Assembly (NCBI RefSeq): GCF_001194135.2
Contig: NC_068997.1
Span: forward strand, 11,075,730-11,139,729
DNA: 64,000 nucleotides
Source: Octopus bimaculoides
Lineage: Eukaryota
Direction: 5' to 3'
The position numbers were made by a program, and so were the translations under genes. The notes beneath the pieces are model-generated. The model ran no database searches. It saw only the letters and a list, made by a program, of their open reading frames with translations, and was not told the origin of the DNA. The first letter of the stretch is position 1. Each line of letters begins with the position of its first letter. Below are positions 1 to 13,671 of the stretch, one piece after another.

Positions 1-64
<64 letters not shown>

Positions 65-111
65 CATTATTATTATTATTATTATCATTATTGTTATCAT
101 CATCATTATTA

Positions 112-152
<41 letters not shown>

Positions 153-180
153 ATTATTATTATTATTATTATCATTATTT
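1..180. repeat. (TTA)n microsatellite, 3' flank/tail of the adjacent R4/Dong fragment
   Basis: Directly visible near-perfect TTA array. Confidence 0.98.
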
Positions 181-577
181 TCTCCTGATCACACGTTTTG
201 TTGGGCCTCCTGATGTCTTGCATGCGCATCGGGTTTAATACCAGCAGCTTACGGCACCATGCTATTCGTTCTTTTTAGCTATCTAACACTTCTCTGATTA
301 TTCTGGCTGTGTCAAAGAAGCAAACCTTTAGTATCAGTTCTGCAGAGTACTCTATTCAAATTTCCGTTATATTCCTCTTGATACTGTTCCCAAGGACCCA
401 AATATTATTTTGCATCTTGTTCACCTTCCCTAGCCTCGCTATTTCGTAATTAAGAGGATTGTATCTATATTTCTATCTTTTCGCCTTCCTTCTTGAACTA
501 TATACCATATGTGGTGCATCTTGTCCACCATTACTAGGTCCGGTCTAGCACCTGATCTGTTTGGATTGGGAAATCTC
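178..577 (-). mobile_element. R4/Dong-clade non-LTR retrotransposon, 5'-truncated 3' end (RLE domain relic plus 3'UTR)
   Basis: Minus-strand frames give DFPIQTDQV..PDLVMVDKMHHIWYIV, GSLGTVS and VCFFDTARIIREVLDS*, matching the RLE PD..D region and terminal GTARIIRKVL motif of R2/R4-type elements. Frameshifted; (TAA)n on both sides in element sense. Confidence 0.85.
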
Positions 578-798
<221 letters not shown>

Positions 799-2111
799 GT
801 ACAATTTGATTCTAGGTCTCACTCAGAGACCTCAAGAAACAACAAGTTAGAAGTTCAAATTGGTGTTATGACTACGGTGCCATTTATTTGGCCTTGCACG
901 CAGTTTTGTTTCGGAGAATATCTTTCAAAACATAATTAAATTAGAAGTTTGATGATAAGATGATAGTCTGATGTTAGGGTGGCAGTAAAAAGCGTTCGCT
1001 GTTATTTACATTTAAATGTATTTTGACATTCTTTCCGGATTAAAATACTTTTGAGATTACATAGACAACATTTTACGTAGAATATACGCAGTTCCCATGA
1101 GCACTATTTCTTGAATTTCTTCCATTTGTAGATTCCCTGTTATCTGAGCTCACCATCACAATCATCATCATTACCATACCACCACCACTACCATCATATT
1201 CATCATTATTGAATTAATTATTGTCTTTAATTTGTCACTAGATTGAGTTACAGCTCTGGTTTTCTAGCGTTGTAAATATTTCTCTTTGAACATTGCTAAG
1301 TTTAATTAATGAACACTTTACCACTGGATGATTTATACTGAACTATTCACTGAAGAAAAAGAAGACATCTAGAATCTATTTAATTTTTCTGAACTATGTC
1401 ATCCTATGTGAACAAAGTTGCAACTTGCTAAGTTACTTTGTTGGTAACATGGACATGGAAACTGTTTATTACCGGTAAGTCCTTAGTTAATTTTAGGTAA
1501 TTAGATAGTTTTGTAAGACTGCTCCTTGGCTTATTTAGAAATACATGTGAAAAGACGTAAGTTCAAATAGATATTGCACCTACAACACAAAATTTATTTT
1601 TATTTAACTTAATTTAAATGTACTTAAAGTAATAGAGTTATTAAATGTCGTCTGCTTTATAATGAATAATATTGTTATGCGTGTACATAACTGCTACTTA
1701 AATAATATTTGGAGAATATGCCTTGGTATCGTTTAGTTACCATTCATATATTTAATTTTAATGTAGGGAAAATTAAATGAGCCATGTACAAACAGTTATG
1801 AGATGAGTAAATAGGCACCAGCCGGGTATTGTTAGCATTATCTTAATCATTTAGGATCTACAGAAACCAAATATATAAATCTTTATAATTATGACAATAT
1901 TCAACGATAATTTAATATTGTAATAGTAATCAAAGTATCATTATGCTAAAAAGCATCACGAAACGACAGAACGTCTAGGAAAGTATGACAATGTTAAGGA
2001 TCTAGGATTAATTTATAAAATCAATTGTCTATCTGCACATTTTATAGACTTATCCTTTTCTATTCCACTTCTTGACGATCTTCAAATGACTACACTTTTT
2101 TAGTGACAGCT

Positions 2112-2259
2112 TCAAACTTTTGACTGTTGCTGTGTTGATTTTACGGTGTCCTCAATAGAACAGCAGCGTCTATGTTTTCTTGTTTTTATTATTTTAAGCT
2201 GTCCGGTCGCGGGGCTTAAATGGCTTTTACTGTCACGAGTAGTTGCTAGGTTTTCACTT
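2112..2259 (-). CDS. Candidate terminal coding exon (SENLATTRDSKSHLSPATGQLKIIKTRKHRRCCSIEDTVKSTQQQSKV*), product unknown
   Basis: T-rich tract ending ctag acceptor; only one open frame (phase 2); ends in -SKV. No homology recognised. Confidence 0.2.
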
Positions 2260-3226
2260 CTAGATTTGATTCAAGAAAAAAGATATATACAAAAAAAAAA
2301 AAACGTAATGTTAATTTAATTAGTAAATCGATAACGTAATGAGTATAATTGGTAGCTGAAATTGGACATGCCATTTATCAGAATTCAGTAAATATTCTGA
2401 TTCCTCTGAATCAACACGTTATCGCAGCAACTATCTGTTTTCATTGTGAAATTGTGCTCTAGTTACTGAAAGATAAAATATTCCCCATACTGGTGTCCTG
2501 GTTCTCGCATACGTAGGAGACAATTTTCAATGAGAAACATCTGTTTTTTGCAAAATAATTATTTATTAGTCACTCCTTGCTTTAGTGCCTTGGCCAAGAA
2601 AACAGTATAAAGTAGCATCACAATATAAACATACTTATTACTTCATATGGCATGTTAAAATTTGATTTGGCTTAATCATATTTTCATAAGTGAAAATACA
2701 AGTAAGACGTGCAATAAAATTATTATTGATGTCATCATCATGTTATATCCATTAGGTTCGAGATATTAGGTTGATTGATTTTTAAAAAGATTTCATTTTG
2801 AGATAACAGTAATGTTGACGCTTGAAGTATTAACCAGAGTAAATATAATTTTCAGATCGATAAATCTAGTGAAATTGTCAAGGAGAAATGTTTGAAAAAT
2901 AGTTTTAAAATTATGAAATGCTTTCTTGTATGTGTGATGCATGTATTGGCAAAAGCATTTTCAAGAGTATGCTTTTGAATACTATTTCGAATAATTCTTG
3001 GCATAGTGGACCTTGACAGGATGTGGATACAGCAGGTAAAACGCCATAAGTGGACATTTCACAATTTTGTTTCTAAATAGTCCATTGACTATCCTTGATT
3101 ATTACCTACAATATCGATAATTGAACGCCAGATATACTAGTATCATTAGACTGGTATCATTGATAAATTTACATATAGGAAAGTTCATCCCTCTACTTCA
3201 CAATGAAATTATCAATTGCGAATATG

Positions 3227-3421
3227 GGTTTCAAATTTTGACATAAGGCCAGCAATTCTGGGTGATTATATCGACCCCAGTCCCCAACTGGTACTTCTTT
3301 TATCAGCCTGAAAAAATGAAAGGCAAATTCGATCTCAACATAATTTGAGCTTAGAACGTAAGATAGGCGAGATGTCACTAAGCATTTTGCTCGGAGTACT
3401 AACAATTCTCCCAGTTCGCCT
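3227..3421 (-). mobile_element. tRNA-derived SINE (family A, ggcgagctggcagaatcgttagc head)
   Basis: Reverse complement aligns with the copies at 41732, 42326 and 43651: A-box head, gttcaaat-like B box, ctttcat..gataaa..gtaccagtt..ggggtcgat core, ggccttgtg/aaaatttgaaacc tail. Confidence 0.85.
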
Positions 3422-4048
3422 CCTTTTGATTTGCTTAATATTAACATTGACAGTCAGAGTATTGGCATTCCTGAGTACATCTGTGACGGGAACTGAATCT
3501 TGCCTTTATTCATAAAATATTCATAAGGAAGTCCACAGGGAACTATTCAAGCTTGTTTATCACGTGACGTATGCGCTGTTATATTTTCGTATCATGAAGT
3601 TCATTTAAAAGATGGTGGCGTAGTAAATATTAATTTTGATAACAATGAAATTACTATTGCTATCCCAAACTCTATTTAACAGTTTCGTTAAACCAGCATT
3701 TCTCATTCCAGCATCTTTGAAGGTATTTCGCAAAAGTGCACTTCCAAATATTCAAAATTGTGTATATTTTACGGCTCAGCCCCTAAAAGGATAGTCAATT
3801 AAAATTTGGTGTATATTAATTTGTATACTTTCATACTGCTCTTCTGATTTCCGCTACTACTTGTGATGCAAATGCTGTTGCATGATTTTGGGAATTGATT
3901 GACACATTCTTTCATGCAAGATTAACTCGCCAATAATCTACGATTATACTCAAAGAGGAGCATACAAGTACTTAGATGATTAACAGGCATGATTCAGTCT
4001 GCAAATACTACATGTTTTGCTATCATACCTTTATCTAATCTCAAACTA

Positions 4049-4102
4049 CACGCACGCACGCACGCTCGCACGCACGCTCGCACGCACGCTCGCACGCACG
4101 AA

Positions 4103-4138
<36 letters not shown>

Positions 4139-4170
4139 CATGTATGTATATGCATATATATATATATATA
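4049..4170. repeat. (GCAC)n followed by (TA)n
   Basis: Directly visible. Confidence 0.95.
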
Positions 4171-4275
4171 TGTTCTCCACCAATAATGGTGCTTACATAC
4201 CGATGGGCTTGGTAAAAATTATTAATTGTTAATTGTTAATTTATTAATGAATTAATAAATTGATAATCCTTTACC

Positions 4276-4918
4276 NNNNNNNNNNNNNNNNNNNNNNNNN
4301 NNNNNNNNNNNNNNNNNNNNNNNNNNNNNNNNNNNNNNNNNNNNNNNNNNNNNNNNNNNNNNNNNNNNNNNNNNNNNNNNNNNNNNNNNNNNNNNNNNNN
4401 NNNNNNNNNNNNNNNNNNNNNNNNNNNNNNNNNNNNNNNNNNNNNNNNNNNNNNNNNNNNNNNNNNNNNNNNNNNNNNNNNNNNNNNNNNNNNNNNNNNN
4501 NNNNNNNNNNNNNNNNNNNNNNNNNNNNNNNNNNNNNNNNNNNNNNNNNNNNNNNNNNNNNNNNNNNNNNNNNNNNNNNNNNNNNNNNNNNNNNNNNNNN
4601 NNNNNNNNNNNNNNNNNNNNNNNNNNNNNNNNNNNNNNNNNNNNNNNNNNNNNNNNNNNNNNNNNNNNNNNNNNNNNNNNNNNNNNNNNNNNNNNNNNNN
4701 NNNNNNNNNNNNNNNNNNNNNNNNNNNNNNNNNNNNNNNNNNNNNNNNNNNNNNNNNNNNNNNNNNNNNNNNNNNNNNNNNNNNNNNNNNNNNNNNNNNN
4801 NNNNNNNNNNNNNNNNNNNNNNNNNNNNNNNNNNNNNNNNNNNNNNNNNNNNNNNNNNNNNNNNNNNNNNNNNNNNNNNNNNNNNNNNNNNNNNNNNNNN
4901 NNNNNNNNNNNNNNNNNN
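4276..4918. other. Assembly gap (N), followed by (GA)n to about 4967
   Basis: N run. Confidence 1.
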
Positions 4919-4971
<53 letters not shown>

Positions 4972-6114
4972 GTAGACAGATAGATAGACCGCCAGATAAA
5001 TTTACGGTTAAGTGTGTGGGTCTGTTCGTGTGTCAACGTAGCATCGAAAAAGAAGTTTAATTAAGATTTATGAACACAAAACATGGAATCAATCATTTAC
5101 TAATCTCTAGTTGTCATTCCATACTTGTTGTTTGCCACGAGGGACAAACACCACATAGATGTAGTGTGTATCTGTTTGTTTTCTAGTTTTCACAGATAAC
5201 CAGAAATGCCGCTAAATGCCTGTACCTTCTTCTGTTTATTTTAGTATTGTGCCATAATTCAATGATGGAGTTGCACAGGCTTCACAAATGAATTCCTTAG
5301 TTAAAATTACCTGGCTATCACGTCAGAATTCTGATGTGCATTGCTTTCACGATGAGCGATAAGGCGCTCAAGAAAAATATGGCCATCTCAGAACCATTTC
5401 TATTACGTATATTTAAACACTCTCCTATCTTGTCAAATGAAATGTCTATTCAAAGAATGCGTGTTTAGTGTCAAAGTGCAAAGATATAACAGCTTATTCT
5501 GTCAAATCAAACAGAGTATTTCGGTTATTGATGGAAGATAATTTATTTCGTTTGTGACATTAATACCCGCGATAATGTTAGTTATAAAAGTTACATATCA
5601 TTAATTGTCTTCTGAATATTTGAGGTCTTGCACCTAATTAAGACAGCAAATTTAAGCATTCTGTCAATTGAATAGATGAGCACCTGTATGGTTTCTACGT
5701 TACTTTGAATATAACTAGCATTAACAGCTAATGGATATTCAATATATTTAAGTAGAAAATTGATTTGTTTGACGTGATAATCTCACAGAATAATTGGGCT
5801 TTATGGGCTTGATTTTCTATACGACTTTTAACGTTTCATTTTATGATATGATATTCATATTCAGATCATAATAGCAAATATATTCGATTATATTTGATAT
5901 TGCAGATCGTACTCATTAAGGAATTATGTGCAAAAAACTGGCTCAATTTCCGAAATTTACTTGTACGAAAAGTACATTATAATTTTTAGCGAAAAGCTCA
6001 AAAGCATCGATCGGTCAATAAAATCACAATAAGAAAACTGCATTGCTACTCAAAATATTATACTATTGCAACCAAAATATTCCAGAAGGTTTATGTAATG
6101 AAGGAGGCGTCCTC

Positions 6115-6143
<29 letters not shown>

Positions 6144-6145
<2 letters not shown>

Positions 6146-6813
6146 GACGGAAATGAAGAAAACGGATACCACGATCAGAACAGTGTTGACAGTAAGAGTG
6201 ACAGTTATAGGCTGTACCTGTCCAGAGGAAACGGTGATCAGTTGCCAGGACTGTATCGAAGCAGAGGAAAACAGCCTAGAGTGGTATATAAAACATGCCG
6301 TGGCACCACTGTTGAAACACACGAAGAAGGCCGGCGTCATCAAAACTGAACAATGTGTAACTTAAGAAAAGATTATACAGGAAATAAACAAAAAGAAAAG
6401 ACAAATACATGGAAGGAAAAAATGTAGGGTCCGTTTGCAAGGGATGTGGACGCCAAGACAGATACAGTGCACAGGTGACTATGGATGAAGAATGATCTGA
6501 ACATAGAGACAGAAGCACTCATATGCGCAGCTCAGGAGCAAGCGTTAAGGACCAATTATATGAAGTTTAGAATTGACAACACTACCGATAGGGACAAATG
6601 CAGAATGTGCGATCAGAGGGGTGAAACGGTATGGCACATCATTAGGGAATGCCGGAAATAGGCACAACGTGAATACAAACAACGCCATGACAATGTGGCA
6701 AGACTGATCTATTGGGAGCTCTGTGGAAATCACGGCCTACAAAGAGCAAAGGCGTGGTATGAACAAACCACAGAAGGAGTCACAGAAAATGAGAATTGCA
6801 AAATCCTGCAGGA

Positions 6814-6817
<4 letters not shown>
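6144..6817 (+). mobile_element. R4/Dong-clade non-LTR retrotransposon internal fragment (post-RT region, CCHC knuckle, start of RLE)
   Basis: Frames give ISCQDCIEAEENSLEWYIKHAV, IETEALICAAQEQALRTNY, CRMCDQRGETVWHIIREC (CCHC), RHDNVARLIYWELCG and ENENCKILQD. Has stops and frameshifts; preceded by (TAA)n at 6115-6143. Confidence 0.9.

Positions 6818-6904
<87 letters not shown>
6816..6904. repeat. (TTA)n microsatellite
   Basis: Directly visible. Confidence 0.98.
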
Positions 6905-6905
<1 letters not shown>

Positions 6906-6917
6906 GGTAATCATAAC

Positions 6918-7060
6918 GCGACGAGGAGGCAGAATCTTCGCCTCCTAGGTAGAGCCCGTAACGGCAACCCGTATGTCTACGTTCTGATTTCAAATTGTGT
7001 CGATGTGGACTCCGCCTATCATCAATTTAAGGTTCAATACACTAACTGCTATGTGTGCAC
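6918..7060 (+). mobile_element. Highly degenerate family-A SINE
   Basis: ggcagaatc head, acgttctgatttcaaat B-box region and gcctatcatc match family A. Confidence 0.4.
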
Positions 7061-7297
7061 TCGAATTTGAATTGTCGAGTAGTATTTCTGTCTTCTGGCT
7101 ATATTTTGTAGATTTAGTGTTACACACTTGAGTGCATTATTTTACCATTTTGTCTATATGCAATGATTTTTCCTCTCTCACCTAGCCAAGCAATGTATTT
7201 GATATCTGTGTAGTTATCATTTTAGATATACACAGACATACACACACACACACATATGTATGTATATAATATACGTATATTTTATGTGGAACTCGAT

Positions 7298-7328
<31 letters not shown>

Positions 7329-7705
7329 TATGTGTGTGTATGTATAAAGCTCTACGCAACACTGTGTAAAGTTTGTTTGAGCTAAAAAAGTCGAATGCAT
7401 GCAGTAGTGCTATTTCCATAACGGAACTAAAAAAAAAAAACAATTGGTTTTAGCTAACATCCATATCTGTCGTATCGCATATCTAGAGTATAGCATAACC
7501 TTTTTAGAAGGCGATATTAGATTCTCCATCTCCAACAGAAATGTGTCCAAGAAATCAACATTAAATTTCATGCACGAAATTTGAAATCCTTTTGTTATCA
7601 GTCTTCGAACATAGCTGAAAATGTATGAAGAGGATCGAAATAGCTTGCATAATTTCTTGTGTATAAAAGCCCCGTGATGACATGCTGTTGTTATAGATAT
7701 TGTTA

Positions 7706-7845
7706 CAGCGGGGAGCTGTCAGAATTGTTACACCAACAGACAAAATGCTCAGTAGCATTTGTCTGGCTTTTTATCTTTGCGTTCGAATCCTGCTGAGATT
7801 AGCTTTACCTCCATTCTCTTAGTGTCGACGATATAAATAGCAGTG
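7706..7845 (+). mobile_element. Degenerate family-A SINE
   Basis: ggggagctgtcagaattgtta...aaaatgctcagtagcattt...gttcgaatcc...ctttacctccat. Confidence 0.5.
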
Positions 7846-7974
7846 ATATATACGATATTGAATGATACTTACTGGCCTTGTGTCTAAACCAGATGCCATC
7901 ATTATATACATACACCGCACACATACAGGCACATATACACAGACACAAGCACACATGTATATACATACTTACAT

Positions 7975-8017
<43 letters not shown>

Positions 8018-8036
8018 TATATATATATATATATAT

Positions 8037-8537
8037 NNNNNNNNNNNNNNNNNNNNNNNNNNNNNNNNNNNNNNNNNNNNNNNNNNNNNNNNNNNNNNNN
8101 NNNNNNNNNNNNNNNNNNNNNNNNNNNNNNNNNNNNNNNNNNNNNNNNNNNNNNNNNNNNNNNNNNNNNNNNNNNNNNNNNNNNNNNNNNNNNNNNNNNN
8201 NNNNNNNNNNNNNNNNNNNNNNNNNNNNNNNNNNNNNNNNNNNNNNNNNNNNNNNNNNNNNNNNNNNNNNNNNNNNNNNNNNNNNNNNNNNNNNNNNNNN
8301 NNNNNNNNNNNNNNNNNNNNNNNNNNNNNNNNNNNNNNNNNNNNNNNNNNNNNNNNNNNNNNNNNNNNNNNNNNNNNNNNNNNNNNNNNNNNNNNNNNNN
8401 NNNNNNNNNNNNNNNNNNNNNNNNNNNNNNNNNNNNNNNNNNNNNNNNNNNNNNNNNNNNNNNNNNNNNNNNNNNNNNNNNNNNNNNNNNNNNNNNNNNN
8501 NNNNNNNNNNNNNNNNNNNNNNNNNNNNNNNNNNNNN
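8037..8537. other. Assembly gap (N) between (TA)n arrays
   Basis: N run. Confidence 1.
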
Positions 8538-8546
8538 TATATATAT

Positions 8547-8720
8547 AGGGAGAATTTCACAAAATAAAAAGAAAGACGAAGACAAGTGGTGTACACAACA
8601 AAGAGATGTATTAGTGTAACGCTCGGGAAGTAAAAAAAAAGTCTTAAACGTTTCGAGTCTACGCTCTTCCACAGAAAGGAACACAGAAAGAAACAAGGAG
8701 AGAAAAAACAATGTGTTGTG
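8547..8720 (-). mobile_element. Interspersed repeat fragment with a hammerhead-like core, possibly a Penelope-like pLTR relic
   Basis: Minus strand reads CTGTGGA-A-GAGC-GTAG-ACTC-GAAAC-GTT at 8674-8647. The class assignment is inferred from this motif only. Confidence 0.4.
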
Positions 8721-11700
8721 GCTAGCGATCTATCATATATATATATACACACACACACATTATTGTGTAATTATTCGTTGTACAAGATCCATACAGACGC
8801 AGTTAGTTACATATCATTGTCAATATCTGTGAATAATAAAGAGCTATATTTGGTCATCGTTTATGCATGTTCGTTTCATATAAATCTAATAAGGATTATC
8901 TTGGATATAACGCCGATATATATAAGTTTATGTATGTATTAACGAATATTCATTTAAAACATTAATAGTTTTAAAATTACATGTATTGATTGATTTGTTT
9001 AGGAAATGGTGATTCATCGTGGAGTCACAGACAGCTACTACTTTCAAGACATCTTCTCGAATGGAAGTTGCAGTTATATTCAACGTTCAGCTTCACATTA
9101 AAGTATAAACATAAAGAGTCTTACGAATATATATTCATATATGGACTGTCAGAAGAATCATGCGTATTTGTGCAGTTTCCCATTAAGTATGGGTTGTGAA
9201 CTATATATAAAGAACTGAAATATTCTTTTAATATTATTAAAAGATTGTTGTTCCGTTTTAATCATATTCGCTAATAGCCAAATAGTTGAAATAACTGTAG
9301 AATTAACATTTGTGTTCTCCATTATGTTACCATTTTGACCTGTTTAAGATAACACAGGTGAGAGGACTTTAGAAAGTCCGATCATCACGAATAGTATTTG
9401 AAATGTAGCAATCCAAACCCTTCGTATAAAGAAGATTAGCCTGTATAAAAGAATGCATTTTTAATATATATCAACAGTTTCTCAGGATGATTTATAAATA
9501 ACTTGGAGAAATAATATAGATTTCAGTGCTATTTTTTTCTTGCACGTAACATCGTACTTGATTGTATTTTAGATACACCACTGACTGAATCAGAAATAAT
9601 TTTCTTTAGAAATACAAGATTTCATGATCACGACTTCAAATATAATCAGAGAAATTGTCGATAATTTTCGCATTCTCTATCAAGCTAGTCTTTGAGGTCA
9701 TTTATGTGTCATGTACAAATCAAATGCTGTAAAATATAATTAAACGAACGTAAATAAAATAAAAGAATCGTTAAAATAACGACTTGTGAAAGCACCCACA
9801 ATCAAGTTTAGAAATAATTACTGGTTGTTAGAGAATCTTATATTGATTTCTGAACACTAATAAAGACTTAAAACGTTTATTAGAAAAACGATAATCGTAT
9901 GGCATACAAGTTAATATTAATGTTTGAAAATTGTTTCACGTAATTAAGATGAGAATTCCAAAGTGAACATGCTATGAGAATTGCATTCGTCTTAGTTTAA
10001 ATAGTTGTCAAATTTCCGCTGTTAATCTCGTCAGTTAATCTTACGAGATCAATAAAATTGAATGCATTTTTTCTTTTCTTTTCTTTTTTTTTGAAATATT
10101 AGCAGAATTGTAAATGTACTACCCCAGAGAATATCAAGCAACTAAATGAAACGTCGAGGCTTTGTATCCAGTTAACTTCATTGTATTTATTTGTCACATT
10201 ATGAAATCGAAAATGTTGAATTTAGCTGGGTCTACAGAATACCAACATCTAGAAAAATACCAATATTAATTATAATGAATATTTCAATAGTTCATTCTGC
10301 CAATCTGATTCTTGAAGTTAGTCTCATCTTTCGTAAAACTTATAATTTCATGCCAATCAATTACAAACTTTATTGTTATCACGATAGTATTGATTTTTCA
10401 CATCAATGAAATGAATAATCTTCAAATAAACAGTCACGCACTGGATTCACTTTTTGACTAGTACGTATTTTGTAGTTCATGAACAAAGGAAGGCAAAGTG
10501 TATCTCACCTTGATCCAAACTCGAGATATACCTATTTTCTTACTATTATACTCGTATTTCCTCCTTCATCAAAATGTTTTTTTATATAAAAATTGTGTAG
10601 AAATGTATATACAATAAAAGTCCCCTCGCTTTAGTGGTAATAGTTTTATTACATGAAATGAATCAAAGACAAAATCTAACACAGCTGCGTTATATCTTTC
10701 AAAGTTATCGGACGTATCTGAATCCCAGTTCTCTTATTTTATTACCACTCAGTCTCTGATATAAATGAAAGAAAAGCTCCATGGAATCTCTAATGAACGA
10801 TTATGGCGTTACTAAATACAGGCATACATGAAAATTAGCTCAATTGAGACTTATTAATATACGTTTTAATCGTGATTACGAATTATTACTTAAAAAACTG
10901 GTTTGATCTTTATTGATATTTGTAACATTTCTTTGCGGATTTTTCCATAAAATAAAATAAAACTATAACATTTACATAGAAAAATAAGATAAGCAATGGA
11001 GCGACAGATAGATTTAATCATTTCATAACAACGTTAATAATAGACAAAAAACAGTAAATGCATATCAAATTAATTTCTGAACGTGGACTTGAATAATTAA
11101 ATCACTTGCATTGTAGCAATAATTAACTACTGAGTAGTGAAGTAGCAGCAATCGCAAAGCGACAGGGAAAATGCTGTACTATATTTAGTTACGGTTCTCC
11201 ACGATTTCTGTTCAAATATGAATAAGATCCAATTTGGCATTTACCCTTCTGGTTCGGTAACAAAATGCTGCAGTCTGGTATTGCTACTTGACTACAGGTA
11301 TTCTTATCAAAATGGGAGTACTATACCCCTAAAAGAATCTATTAATAAATTATCATCCATGTCTTTAATCCCTATATCCAGAGTGTCATCATTTGGTGTA
11401 TTGCTTTAAATGCAGGTCATAATTGACAGAGTATACACAACTATGTTATACCTGGCATAAGGTTAAGACTTTTCCATGAGATCTATAATACTTTCAGAGA
11501 TATATCTTTCCCTTTTAGAAGTACTTGGATTGCGTTTTGAATGATATTTTCGTCTTATTCTATGCAATGTAGTTTGAGAGACCGAGATAAAGCTTTCTCA
11601 GAAACATGTTTAAAAATTTTTTTTTTTTATAATAAGAAATTGCAATATGAGACAATTTCTTTGCTAACACTGCACTATCAATGCTTCTCTGGAAGTTGAA

Positions 11701-12969
11701 AAAATAGTAGCGACATTTTCATGACAGAAAAAGAATGTAGGACAAACTTACAAAATATTTTGCGATTACTTTACTATTAACTTTTCAGTCCTTCCTTTAA
11801 AGAAACACATTTCTGTTAAGCTGGCGCCCATTATCTATAAGGGTTTGTATTTTTGTCCTTTTACATACCAAATATCTCGCTGTTTCGATAGTTCTAGTCA
11901 CTAGCGACTTAATATAAAATAATGTTGAGATATACATGTATCTTCAAGAGGTAACAAGGACGGTGCTTGTACAACACGTATGACGCTGTCTACTTCCCAG
12001 GTAACTTGTTTCATTGTCATCAAAACCACGATATATATAAGAAAGATTATACTAATGCTTTTCTAGCACAATCTCTTATATGGTAACCTACATGACAGTG
12101 GTGAATTAAATGTAGGCGTACGTTATCAACTACAAGAATATTCTGAGTTGAATTAGAAGACTTGAGTAAACTTACAGCGTGGTACTTCACCATCTTGAAT
12201 ATAAAATTACATTTGCTATTTGTCGTAATATACTGACTGGCTAATGACGAGTTTATATATGCTTTGAAAGGTCAAACACAGAAATCCAGCATTGGGTTCA
12301 ATTCTCATTGCCGTGATCTTCAATAGTAAGGATCGGAGCGTTCCCAAAATATTTCTAGAATATTGAAGAAATACATTATCAAAAAGAATATCGTTGTGTT
12401 CAGTTTTAGATCTTTCAGAAACAACACTGCCCCCAATCTGTATTCTCTCGGTCGACCATATGTTACGTACACTTTGTAATCCTCAAATATGTGCTGAAAT
12501 ACTTGTGACTCCGAATTCCTGGTCTCCCTTAGATATGTATGACCTAAAGTCGTCGAACAAAGTTTCTTGGTAACCCTCGAAAAAAGCATCTAGTATACAT
12601 AATGGAAATTACAGATTTCAGTTCATATTTAGCTTAACTGTGGTTCTTTTTAATGAATTGGTTAATCCTTGAATTTGCTCCACACCTTGTTGACGCTATC
12701 ATTGGAAGTAACACTACGTGTATAAAGGTGAATGATGATACTTGATTCCGTAAAACTGTACTGACACGTAACTGAGATTTTATGGGGTTTCTGCTGTTGC
12801 AAATCAAATTGATCTTATTACAGTTGCTCTTACACCGCGGCAATTTATTGTTGTTGCTGTTGTTATTATTGTTGCTAATGGTACTCTATTTGCTGTTGTT
12901 TCTCTGAATTTTGTAATACGGTTCCTGTGGATGCTTTTCTTTTTAACAGAACCAATGATGAAAAGTGTG

Positions 12970-13230
12970 CTAATGTTTAATGGAAAGATTGAATCTTATC
13001 TTAAGTAAGTAGAGTACTGATTGTAAGCCAAACTCCTCTTCTAACCTCATTGCTTGCTTGAATAAAGGAGACGATGTGTTGAATGCTCTTTTACATTCTG
13101 TTGTGTGGGCTGGGCAATGAAATATTTTGTAAAAGTACAGGCGCAACAAACACGAAATGCAAAGTAGGAATCCTCTTCTTAACGGGGTCACTTTTGTTAC
13201 AAATCTTTGCTATTTGTAATTTGAAAACAA
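12970..13230 (-). mobile_element. Decayed hAT-type transposase, C-terminal dimerisation-domain relic
   Basis: KKRIPTL, then after a frameshift KIFHCPAHTTECKRAFN...MRLEEE...LYLLKIRFN, resembling the hAT motif P-x-[ST]-x-x-x-ER-x-FS...R-x-x-L...LL-x-I-x-x-N. No TIRs found. Confidence 0.35.
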
Positions 13231-13671
13231 CATATTTGATGTGGACAGATACATCCGAAAAGAAACAAAAACAATACTTGTTTCTGATTAGGCACTAGCA
13301 AACTTAAAGGGGGATGGTTTTTGTTGATGCAATTTCGATCACCCATACTTTACTTAGAATGGAACATGTGCAAATCTATACTCCTATCATCTCTGCGTAT
13401 CTCATTCTCACAATACATCTGTCAACAATCTCGCCTTTAATTCTCTGCTTCAGTATCCTTCGTACACCCCTGACACGTCAGATGTGATTTGAATCGTTTT
13501 CATAAAACGGCCCATACCAGTTCTCATTGACAATACTACGAGTTATTATTTGATTTCTTCGTGACCTGCGACTGCCTGAAATTCTTTGTAGCCTTCAATC
13601 ACATGGATTTCCAGCCTCTGAGTCTAAGAAATAATGCTTAAATTTTCGGTAATGCAATGCGTACGTACGTA

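Noticed and set aside
1449-1474. ATG GAC ATG GAA ACT GTT TAT TAC CG|gtaagt as a start exon
   Set aside because: Perfect donor but only 8 codons, with no supported downstream partner.
4236-5060. Long ORFs (160-320 aa) spanning X runs here and at the other gaps
   Set aside because: Open only because Ns contain no stop codons.
12320-12589. 89-aa minus ORF and overlapping exon-like frames on both strands
   Set aside because: Three competing open frames and no recognisable domain; it may be old transposon sequence.
13440-13490. Plus-strand LLQYPSYTPDTSD resembling the mariner HPPYSPDLAPSD motif
   Set aside because: No other mariner motifs or TIRs; it lies near the opposite-strand hAT-like relic, so probably chance.
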